Part shown: positions 1 to 8,500 of the stretch, piece after piece
How the letters are laid out: each line of letters starts with the position of its first letter
How positions within the stretch are numbered: position 1 is the first letter of the stretch
NCBI GenBank assembly: GCA_005797785.1
Contig: SYKL01000097.1
Span: 1-48,364 of the forward strand
From: Pseudomonadota bacterium
GTDB taxonomy: Bacteria; Myxococcota_A; UBA796; GCA-2862545
Direction of reading: 5' to 3'
Length of the DNA: 48,364 nucleotides
The notes under the pieces: generated by a model
What the model was told of the DNA's origin: nothing
The model's input: the letters and a program-made list of their open reading frames with translations, nothing else
Database searches by the model: none
Translations under genes and position numbers: made by a program

Positions 1-573
1 GAAAATCGTTGCCGGAGTAGTCTGAGAGTGCTGGTCTTATCGAAAGGCGACCGGCGAGCGGTAGCGACGGAAGAACTCTTTGTCGGCGATCTCAAGGAGG
101 GTTCGTCCAACTGTTCCGTCGAGTACAGGAGATGTTCCGAGGAGTATGCGGCGGAGGTCGAGAGAACTCGTGTTGCCGAGAAATTGGAACGAGAGAGAAA
201 GGCTGAGGTAGCTAGAAAAGAAAGAGAGGCCGAAAAGGAGCGCGAGAAGTTGGAGAGAGACCGCAAAAGGGCCGAAGACGAAGCGGTTTGGGCCGAGGTG
301 GCGAGAAAGAGAGAATTGAATTGCAAGAGGATAACAGGGCGCACGAGGGGTTTTGACGAAGCGGTGGCGTCGGAGCTCAAGATGCACCCGAACAACGTCG
401 AGTTTGTTCGGGTGGAGTGGTCGGCAGGGTGTGTAGCCGTCCTGTATACATACAGTGGTGTTGTAAAATGCACTGTGACTCATGTTGCCGATTCTGGCAG
501 TGTAATTGCGCTTGATGAGGTAGAATCGTCGTCCGGTAACCTTATGGCACATAACGTCCGCAGTTGTAAGTGA
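1..573 (+). CDS. hypothetical protein with Lys/Glu/Arg-rich coiled-coil segment (possibly 5'-truncated by the window edge)
   Basis: Frame is open from base 1. The listed start at 28 is GTG. A charged helix (EKLERERKAEVARKEREAEKEREKLERDRKRAEDE) is followed by a Cys-containing C-terminal domain. No family recognised. Confidence 0.4.
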   Translation, partial: ENRCRSSLRVLVLSKGDRRAVATEELFVGDLKEGSSNCSVEYRRCSEEYAAEVERTRVAEKLERERKAEVARKEREAEKEREKLERDRKRAEDEAVWAEVARKRELNCKRITGRTRGFDEAVASELKMHPNNVEFVRVEWSAGCVAVLYTYSGVVKCTVTHVADSGSVIALDEVESSSGNLMAHNVRSCK

Positions 574-663
574 CGTCTCCCCCTGCACTGCCTGCGACGG
601 CCACCGCGAAACGTCCCATGCAGCAACTTGCCGATCAACGACGCAAATACGCCGGAGGAAACT

Positions 664-1464
664 ATGGTAGAAGGTATTCTTTCCATTGCTTGTCTGGGCA
701 CATTCTTCCTGGGAGGCCTCGGGCTCTTCGCGCTGATGTTGGGGGCGAGAAAGCACCCTTGGCGGATATTCGCTGGAACCGTTGCATACCTGGCCATTTG
801 TTTTGCCGGCCTCGCGGTGGCCTTTGTGGTTCTGGTTGGCAAGGGCCTGGTCGAGGGCCGCGAAGAGCTTGAGCGCAAGTTTGCCGAGGTAGAGGCGGGG
901 GTGGCGGCTGGGGGCCAGTTAGAGGTTGAGGGGCGCTTGCCGGAGCCATGGACCAGTCTGAACCTTCCTATGGAGGATGGAACGGTACTGTACGCCGACT
1001 CCCACAACCTCAACCTCTCCTACACAGGCCACTCTGCCGACGAAATGGGCGGAAAGTACCATTCCCTGCTGACGGCCGCCGGCTGGATCGAGGAGAACCG
1101 GGGCACCATCCACGGACGTGCGTTCACCGAATATTACCGAGACGAGCGGCTGCTTTATGTTGCGGTCGAGAGCGACCGGACGGGTGTGTTGGTCGCCAAC
1201 CTGAGCATGGGTAGAGGGAGCGGATCAACGCTGAATCGTGTGCAGGTGCTGGTGGACACGATCGAGTTTCAAGGCCGGGTGGATTGTAGCGATGGTTCAA
1301 ACCCGATACTTGGAGGGATTACTTATTTGGAGTTCGGTCAAAGCCAACTGCCGGTGACCTGTACGGTGACTTTGGGAGACGTCCGCTGGCCGTTCGTCGT
1401 GACGGAGCCGGGAGAGGTGGGCTGCGACGCGGTAGACGGCGCCGCGGTTTGCGAATGGTTGTAG
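664..1464 (+). CDS. membrane-anchored hypothetical protein (two predicted TM helices plus a soluble C-terminal domain)
   Basis: ATG 664 is preceded by GGAGG (654-658, 5-nt spacer) and is in frame with ORF 628-1464. Hydrophobic stretches: ILSIACLGTFFLGGLGLFALML and VAYLAICFAGLAVAFVVLV. Confidence 0.55.
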   Translation: MVEGILSIACLGTFFLGGLGLFALMLGARKHPWRIFAGTVAYLAICFAGLAVAFVVLVGKGLVEGREELERKFAEVEAGVAAGGQLEVEGRLPEPWTSLNLPMEDGTVLYADSHNLNLSYTGHSADEMGGKYHSLLTAAGWIEENRGTIHGRAFTEYYRDERLLYVAVESDRTGVLVANLSMGRGSGSTLNRVQVLVDTIEFQGRVDCSDGSNPILGGITYLEFGQSQLPVTCTVTLGDVRWPFVVTEPGEVGCDAVDGAAVCEWL

Positions 1465-1661
1465 GGGGGCACCATTGCGTGGGACAGAGGCCTACTAAGG
1501 CGCATCGATAGCAGGCCGTGACGCTCATCAACGGGGGCAGCCGGCGGGTGTATTTTCGGAGATCCACGAGTTCACTGTCCGAGGAACAGCTTCCGCGGCG
1601 TCTCCCTCAGACGAGGCGCGACGGTCACGTTTGCACCCATCCCGCAACACCGGAGGCTCCC

Positions 1662-3053
1662 ATGGAACACCCGCTGAGCGAACTCCCTCTCCTTCTCCGC
1701 GATTGTCGAACGTGGGTCGCGGCGTTGGACGGGCCCTCCGACCTCGTCGATCCCTCCTGGGAGCGGATGGAGCTGAGGGGCGGCCGCCCGGAAACGATCG
1801 ACCGGGCGCTGGACCGGGGGGTTCCGCTGCTGTTTGTGCCCCCGTGGCGCGACCCGACGCCAGCGGTCGGGGGCCACAGCGTGCGGCTGCAGCAGCGCCA
1901 ATTGCGCGTGGCGGAATGGGTGTTGGCCGAGGTTGTGCGTCGGCCCCGCCGGGCGATGACGTACCTGTTGCTGCCGAGCGAGATGTTGGCCTCCGAAGGT
2001 GAAACGCGGGTGACGGAGTGTCGGCAGGCGTTGTGGCAGTCGGGTTCGCTGAAATGGGCGGCGGATTTTTCGGCGCACGTGTTGGGGCTTGGGGCTCGCT
2101 TGAACCCGCCCGCGTTTACGCTGGTGGCGTTGGCGCCTTTGCAAGGTGTGGGTTCTCCGACCATTTTGATGAACGGAAGTAAGATCTTGAAGATCACCAG
2201 CATGCAGACCCCCGAGTGGTCGGAGCCCGCGAAACAAGCGGTCGTCGAGCTGTTGGAGGGGCGACAAACCCACAACCGTTACGGATACCACCACAGGTGG
2301 AAATCGGCCCAACAACCGTTGTCTTTCAACCGTTGGGAGCCGGACGCATTGGAGTTGGAGCGGACCCTGGGCCTCGACTCGCCGCGATGCCGTCTGGAGG
2401 AGGTTTTGGAGGGACCGTGTTGCCGAATCCCCCAGATGAAACTCACGGGGCCGACGGAGGTGGTGCGGATGTTGCGGTCGCGGGACCTGCCGAGGCTGGC
2501 CGAGCTCCATCGCGAGAGACTCCGCGCAACCGTGACGGTGTCCGCGGCATACACGGCTCGGCTACAGGCGAACGATGTGCTGGTGCCGATGGCGTCGCCG
2601 AGACCCTCCGAGGGGGTCCGCGCCTGGGCGGTGCCCTTTCATTTTGAAGGCACCCTCCCCGCCCCTGACGTGACCGTGCTTCGGTTGAAAGAGCCTACAA
2701 AGTACAACGTTGCGGCGTTGATGGCGTTTATCGGCACCGACTTTGTGCGCAGTTGGCTATTCGGGCGGGCGTTGGGCGGGCCGGACGAGTTGTCGTACGA
2801 GGCCCTAAAAGATCTGCCGATCCCGTCGTTCACCGATCCGCGTATGGTGGCGGTGATCTCGTTGGCACAGGCGGCCCGCCGTCTCGAGAAGCTGGCGCAG
2901 ATGTACGGTAAAGTGGCTCACGAAGCGTATTCCATCTCGGGGCGCCTCGAAAAAGCGGAGACGTTTGCCGCGGAGGCCCGGGTGGTGGAGCACGTGTTGG
3001 ATTCGGTGGACGATATGAATCTGCTGGGGGGACGGGCGGAACGCTGGGAGTAG
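1662..3053 (+). CDS. hypothetical protein resembling the post-catalytic part of an N6-adenine DNA methyltransferase fused to one HsdS/type IIG-like target-recognition domain; probably catalytically dead
   Basis: ATG 1662 has GGAGG at 1652-1656. LLFVPPW sits where the (N/D)PP(Y/F/W) motif IV would be. AMTYLLLPSEMLASEG...RQALWQSGSLKWAADF resembles the conserved block after motif IV. The C-terminal LKDLPIPSF...VISLAQAARRLEKLAQ resembles an S-subunit conserved region. No AdoMet-binding FxGxG motif is visible. Confidence 0.45.
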   Translation: MEHPLSELPLLLRDCRTWVAALDGPSDLVDPSWERMELRGGRPETIDRALDRGVPLLFVPPWRDPTPAVGGHSVRLQQRQLRVAEWVLAEVVRRPRRAMTYLLLPSEMLASEGETRVTECRQALWQSGSLKWAADFSAHVLGLGARLNPPAFTLVALAPLQGVGSPTILMNGSKILKITSMQTPEWSEPAKQAVVELLEGRQTHNRYGYHHRWKSAQQPLSFNRWEPDALELERTLGLDSPRCRLEEVLEGPCCRIPQMKLTGPTEVVRMLRSRDLPRLAELHRERLRATVTVSAAYTARLQANDVLVPMASPRPSEGVRAWAVPFHFEGTLPAPDVTVLRLKEPTKYNVAALMAFIGTDFVRSWLFGRALGGPDELSYEALKDLPIPSFTDPRMVAVISLAQAARRLEKLAQMYGKVAHEAYSISGRLEKAETFAAEARVVEHVLDSVDDMNLLGGRAERWE

Positions 3054-3070
3054 GGAGGGTTTTGCCTGGA

Positions 3071-3104
3071 GGGTGTGTGGGGCACCCTCCGGATGTCACA
3101 CCCC
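3071..3104 (+). promoter_or_regulatory. island motif copy A: TGTCACACCCC (3094-3104) within the inverted repeat GGGTGTG-N19-CACACCC
   Basis: Lies in the 81-nt gap between the 1662-3053 and 3135-3782 CDSs. GGGTGTG (3071-3077) is the exact complement of CACACCC (3097-3103). The motif starts 41 nt upstream of ATG 3135. Confidence 0.45.
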
Positions 3105-3134
3105 CTTCTGCATGCTGGGGTGGTAGGAGGCGGC

Positions 3135-3782
3135 ATGGGCCAGGAGAAGGAAACCTCGGGCGGTGCAGTAGGATGCTTGATCGTGCTGGTGCTGACGATG
3201 TGCCTTTTGGCGCCGTTGCTGGTGTTGTGCATCGTCGTGGTTTGGCTGGTCGCGGAGTCGTCCGTCCCCGATGTTCGCCTGTGCAGCCGATTGAGTTCGG
3301 GTGAGTATGTGCGTATTAAGCAGATTTTGGATTATCAACTCAGGCGACGTGGGATCTTTGGACGGGCGGTGGACCTCGAAGAGGTGCGGGAGTTGATCTA
3401 CGAGGAATGCGCCACCGAGGGCCTGCGCGAGGCGTTTGAGGGCCCCGCCCAACGGCAGCTGGCCTGGCAATCCGCGTACCGGTGGTTGTGGGGCAGCCGG
3501 GTTGCGGTGGGGACGTGCGTGTTGTTGGGTATTCTCGCAGTTTATTGGGTGAACGAGATCTATCCGTCGATTGCGGAAGTGTATTCGGGACAGGATGCGA
3601 GTACCTGGGTGATAACCCTGGCGGTCTCGGGTCTGTTGTGCTGGTTCGTTGGGTTGATCGGGTGGTTCGTGGGGGCTTTGGTGTATGTTGCCCTGGGCCT
3701 TCGGCAGGGAGTGCCGTTGGAACGGTGGGAGTTGTTGGTGCAGGCGGTGGAGGAGTTTGAGGGGTTGAACACGAAGGTATGA
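3135..3782 (+). CDS. integral membrane protein, about 4 TM helices, unknown function
   Basis: ATG 3135 has AGGAGG at 3125-3130. Hydrophobic segments: CLIVLVLTMCLLAPLLVLCIVVVWLV, VAVGTCVLLGILAVYWV, WVITLAVSGLLCWFVGLIGWFVGALVYVAL. The longer ORF from 3075 would read through the motif. Confidence 0.6.
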   Translation: MGQEKETSGGAVGCLIVLVLTMCLLAPLLVLCIVVVWLVAESSVPDVRLCSRLSSGEYVRIKQILDYQLRRRGIFGRAVDLEEVRELIYEECATEGLREAFEGPAQRQLAWQSAYRWLWGSRVAVGTCVLLGILAVYWVNEIYPSIAEVYSGQDASTWVITLAVSGLLCWFVGLIGWFVGALVYVALGLRQGVPLERWELLVQAVEEFEGLNTKV

Positions 3783-3867
3783 ACATTGCAGGCTTACGGA
3801 GGGCCCATTGGTCTGACACCCCCCTTGCGAAATGAATGGGACACATCCGTTACAATCGAGGAACGCC

Positions 3868-4026
3868 ATGACCCTAAGCGCTTTGCTGCCTCACGTAGCC
3901 GACCCCGATGGAAAAAGGCTCGCCTTTCTGGGCCTGGCCCATGCGATGTCTAAGGCGCGGCAGCCCTGGAGTTTTGGCGTTCCGCAGTACGGGGACCCAA
4001 GCGTTGGCTCCGTCGGTTGTGCATGA
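3868..4026 (+). CDS. small hypothetical protein (52 aa), or the N-terminal part of a frameshifted gene
   Basis: ATG 3868 has GAGGA at 3858-3862. The translation MTLSALLPHVADPDGKRLAFLGLAHAMSK looks protein-like. The stop TGA (4024-4026) overlaps the GTG 4019 start of the next ORF. Confidence 0.35.
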   Translation: MTLSALLPHVADPDGKRLAFLGLAHAMSKARQPWSFGVPQYGDPSVGSVGCA

Positions 4027-4498
4027 ATTTGTTGAGCTCTGCATTGCTGCGCTCGGTCATGTGGCCATCGCCGAGGCCGGGCCGGTTCGCGCCATCAAGT
4101 TTGATTCGCAGCAGAATAAGGAGGTATTTCGCTCTGAATTCACACAGCGGTACGACGACGCTGTCCGCGAGTTGCCGTCACTGGGCGGCATGAACCCATT
4201 CGACTTCTGGCGGATGCGTTGTAGGCCACGCGAAATCACCTGTGTTGACGACCAGGACAAGCATTCCGTGGTGTTTCTAGTGGATATCGACTCGGAATTG
4301 GCAAAGACGCTTTGGCAGGACCATGTTCGGGGGGAAAGCGCGTGGCCCCTGGTCGACCTGGCGCAGTTTCAGGAGGTCGGTCATGCGATGAAGTTACGTA
4401 TCATTGTCGGCAAAGCCAAGGCGCGAGACCGCTACGCAGCGAGGTTAGCAGACTTGCAGAGCGCGTTCGGTATTGTTGAGGATCGCGGGGAACGGTAG
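4019..4498 (+). CDS. hypothetical protein (159 aa from GTG 4019)
   Basis: The frame-2 ORF 3908-4498 has an implausible first 37 aa. The sequence from VHEFVELCIAALGHVAIAE onward looks protein-like. The 8-nt overlap with 3868-4026 suggests either coupling or a frameshift. Confidence 0.4.
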   Translation: MHEFVELCIAALGHVAIAEAGPVRAIKFDSQQNKEVFRSEFTQRYDDAVRELPSLGGMNPFDFWRMRCRPREITCVDDQDKHSVVFLVDIDSELAKTLWQDHVRGESAWPLVDLAQFQEVGHAMKLRIIVGKAKARDRYAARLADLQSAFGIVEDRGER

Positions 4499-4561
4499 GC
4501 GTGCTGTCCGCGAACTCGGGCGAGGTCAGTGCGCCTGATGCGGCGTCTGTTGAGGAGTGCC

Positions 4562-5596
4562 TTAGTAACGTCGATTGGGGCGCCCGGGGCCGCGCTGGAT
4601 GTCCTCGGCTCGGCCTAAGCTGGCCACCAGGTCTTGGTATTCCCTGTGGGTGTAGGCGCGCTTGTCTCGAAGGCTTCGAGCGATCCACTCCAGGAGCGAA
4701 CGAAACTCAGTAGTTCGTTCGTACATGTCGTTGAAATGCTCCCAATCCAGCGTCGGACGTTGACGCCCCGTGGCGATAACGGTTTTCTTTGCTCCCAGTT
4801 TGTCAAGCAACTTGTCGAATTGAGCTTCGGTGAGACCCTGTTCCTCGTCGAACTCCTCTGCGTGAGGCAGGGCGGCGGCGTCGATCCCGTACGCGACGAT
4901 GGTGACGTCATAGGAAGTGCCGAGTCTTCGTAGCTCTTCGACCAAGGTGGAATCATCCACCGATCCGGCGATCGCTAAAACCGAGTGGTGCGCCCATCGC
5001 GAGTTGCTGACGCACTGAAAGAAATGCTCTCTAAAATTGTTGAATGTGATTGCCACTTTGAGCTCGACACTCGTCAACCGGAAGGGCTGCTCTCCCAAGC
5101 TTCGCCTGACCTCCAAGAGATTGCTATCGAGGAAATAGAGTCCATCGTCGTCCACTTTCCCTACGTCCCACTCGACAAAGACGACATCGGGGAACTTCCA
5201 TTTGTTGACCCCCAGCTGATCGCGCCCTGCCCGGGTGTGATCAATGCGCATCGGGAGTTGGTTGTCCTTGAGCGCTTGTCGCATGTAGAAAGCGCGGAAC
5301 TTTTCTTCAGACTGGGAGCCGATGCCTTTGGGCGCGGAGGACGGGACGCCCTCTGGGATCGGCTCGGGCTCAGGTGCGACCCGGAGGTAGTATCCGTGAC
5401 GGCCGACGGCCTTTGCAATCACGGAGGAACTGTCGGCTGCCATCAGCGAGAAGTGCTGTTGAATACTGGAGTCGGCGTAATCGCTGCCGAGTTGTGGGCG
5501 CACGATCGCGAGGAGTTTGGTGCCGTTGATGGCTTTGCTTGGGTCCGTGGGGAGGACCTGCGGGAGCAAGTGTTTGAGGTGTTCGCGGAGGTTCAT
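4562..5596 (-). CDS. winged-helix (HARE-HTH-like) N-terminal domain + PD-(D/E)xK nuclease-like domain; third gene of the helicase operon
   Basis: ATG 5596-5594 overlaps the upstream stop (ATGA). The N-terminus LREHLKHLL...INGTKLLAIV...GRHGYYLRV is wHTH-like. Candidate catalytic residues are FPD137VVFVEWD and SVE178LK180, followed by FFQCVSNS. Confidence 0.6.
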   Translation of the reverse strand: MNLREHLKHLLPQVLPTDPSKAINGTKLLAIVRPQLGSDYADSSIQQHFSLMAADSSSVIAKAVGRHGYYLRVAPEPEPIPEGVPSSAPKGIGSQSEEKFRAFYMRQALKDNQLPMRIDHTRAGRDQLGVNKWKFPDVVFVEWDVGKVDDDGLYFLDSNLLEVRRSLGEQPFRLTSVELKVAITFNNFREHFFQCVSNSRWAHHSVLAIAGSVDDSTLVEELRRLGTSYDVTIVAYGIDAAALPHAEEFDEEQGLTEAQFDKLLDKLGAKKTVIATGRQRPTLDWEHFNDMYERTTEFRSLLEWIARSLRDKRAYTHREYQDLVASLGRAEDIQRGPGRPNRRY

Positions 5597-8500
5597 CGAC
5601 GCACCAGCCGCAGAGTGATGTGTTCTTCCTCGGTTACGAAGCTCCAATCCATCCACGTGGTGCCATGTGTTCGCCGTACGCCTTGAAGACCGTGGTCGAA
5701 CAATAGGTGCATGCTCGCGTACGTCCCGCCTGTCGCGAATGTGATGTCAAGCCGCCTAGCGTGTGGGAGTTGAGCCCACTTCCCATTCTGCTTTTTCGAC
5801 GTGTCAAGCATGGTCATCTTAATGTCCCAACTTGCACCTGCTTGCTGTTTCGTCCAGCTTAGAAGGGCCTCGGCTTCCTTTTTTGAAAGGTCGCTGGGGG
5901 GTGTGCGGTCGTTCAAAAGTTGTTGGGCGTCGGCCTGAGAATAGTGTTCCGCCCGTGGGAGATGACTGTTGATGTCCACGGCTGCTCCTGGCGCGGGACG
6001 GAATTGCTTCAGAACCTCCGCCAGGCGGAGGAATGACACGATGTTCGTAGCAAAAAAACGGTCCCGATAGGACAGACGCGTCACCGTTCCGAGTGCGTGA
6101 AGAGGGCCCAGGTGACGTTCAAGCACTTTGGAGAGCCTGATGTGCTCGGGCGTGGTTTTTCCCTGGGGCACACTGATCCACTTGGTCGTCTCCGTGGGCG
6201 GTGGGGCCCAGACCTCTTGAGCAACTTCTGCCGCTTGGGACCAGGAGTTGTCATAGGCCTCCCACATCAGCTCCGCATTTACTCCATCCGTACGAATGGT
6301 CGAGAAGGCGCCCGAGCGTTGCCATCCTGAGCCAAATGCCGGCTCGGTCCATGGCTGGTTCTCTGTGTTGACTGAACCAAGCGCGGTATAGCCGTCTACG
6401 GCTCGACGCACGACCCCCCATGGGTAGGATGGCAGTTGGCCAATGCGGATCTTCACCCCGTCTCTCGCCAACGTCGCAAGCTTGGACAGGAGAAGGGCTT
6501 CATCGGTGTCGGTATTCGGAAGGCGACCGAGCAGCAACCTACTTTCTCCTCTTTGCAACAATGCTCGAGAGTGCAGGGCTCGGAGTATGCCTTGGGGTTC
6601 GAAGCCATCCTCGGCCACACAACTGCCGAGAAGGACGATGTCTCCCGGGGCGCTCAGCCAGTCCAAGACGATAGGGCGGGGATTCCGAAGTTCCAGTCTG
6701 CCATCATTAAGGATACCCAAATTGGGCGCCCCAGCGATAAACGCATGAAGGTTCTTTTCTCGAAGGTGCTGTAGCAGTGCTTTTGGACGTAGCCGTTGGT
6801 GGATTTGTTGGGTTTCAAATAAGATGAGCGACCCGTGGTTGGGGCTTTGGAGGTATTCGATGGCGCGTTGCAGAAGCGGCCGCCATTCGTTGCGTAGTCC
6901 CAGCAGAACGCCGGAACATGTTCGATCAAGGATGACGCACTCTTTTGTCGTACCGTTTTCCGTATTGAGGGTGGACACCAAGGGTTGCAGGGTGCGGCTA
7001 TCGACTTGGAGGATCTCCGCTGCAGCCTGTTGCAGTACCACAGCAAAGGTGAGGGCCAGATCCTCCGCGGAGTCCGCTGGAAAAGCTGAATCCTGGGTGA
7101 GCGACAAGCGGAATGCGTCGGTGAGTACCGAGGTTCCCAGGGTCATGTGGCGCCAGAAGCGTGCCCCCATTTGGCAAGGGGTGCCTCGGATGAGGTGCCT
7201 ATGGTTCTGGAATGTGGGGGGGACCTCATCGCCCCAGTTTGGTTCGGCGACGGAGAATCCGCACACTTGGCAGATAGCAAAGCCATATCCCGCGCGCTGA
7301 TTCTTATCGACGAGTCCCTCAGATCGGATCAGGAGCGTCGCCTCCTGCGAAACGCCGACCGTCAAGTCGGGTGACACCTCATCCAGGTCGTCGAATGCAG
7401 CGCCGCTAAGCGTCATTCGCGCCGGGGGCATTCGTGCGGCGTCAGCCTTCTCTCGCACCCGCCTTGGGGACTCTCCAGAGACGACTCTGAAGCCCGTGGG
7501 CTGTAGAAAGTGACGAAGTGGCGTTGGTTGATCTGCAAGATCGATTTCGCCGCCATCCCGTTGAAGTTGCTGTGCCGTCGCCCGCGCCCGAACATAGAAT
7601 GCTTGTGCGTTCTCGGCGGGGTGATGGCACACGGAACATTGGTCGCGATCGGCGTCCGAGACGTCAATGTTCCCGCAACGGCGGCAGTGCAGATAGGTCT
7701 TTCGCGTTGCTAAACCGGGGTCGTTGGCCAACCAGTTCCGAATGAGCCCGCCGATGCGGTGGATGCGTTTCTTAGCGACCACCTCGGCGCCCGGGGTGTA
7801 TTCTGACAACGCGGCGTCGAGGGGGCGTTCCATTCGCAGTTCCTCATCGCCGGTGTCGAGTCGAATGATATCTACCGGAAACCCGAATCGCGGAAGGAAT
7901 CCCGTTCGGGCGAGGTATCGGATCAGAGCCTCCCTCATGATCCGATCCTGCTGAAGTTGTAAGGCATTGAGGTACGCTGTCCGTTGCCCCCCTTGGCCAA
8001 GCGCTTGTTCATTCGCGATTTGGCCCGCCAGACAATCCAGGTCGATGCGTGCGGTGTGTACCGATTCCCGAAGGCTGACCGCGGCACCCCGGAGGACGGC
8101 ATCGCCGGGATGGCTTGCAAGGACGGTTCCGTCCACGAGTTTGCGCAGTGCGGCAAGTAGATCAGGGCTCGGTGTGTCGCACCATTTTTCGAACACTTCC
8201 AGAAGAGATTCTCCAGGGTCCACGGGAGCACCCTGCTGAAGCTGCCCGGCCACAACGGGAGTGAGAAGAGAAGTGATGTCACCGAAGGCGTACATCGGGT
8301 TGCCCCTCGGAGCGCGCGTCACCACCTGTTCAAAAAAGCATGAGAGCAGCCATGCATGGACATGGCGACGCACCAACGGGGCCGCGTCGAGTCGCACTTC
8401 CGGCGGACGAATGGGACGTCGCAGAAATGCTCGCAAGTCCGAAAACACACGTTGGTCGTGAGGCTTTGCGGGCGCCAGGGTCAGCACGAGCGATGAGCCA

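Noticed and set aside
1-4498. Calling the plus-strand cluster a BREX, DISARM or type I R-M system on the basis of the methylase/TRD-like protein
   Set aside because: No intact methyltransferase, PglZ, BrxC/L, PLD or HsdR-like gene is present in the window. Only a degenerate fragment-like protein is seen.
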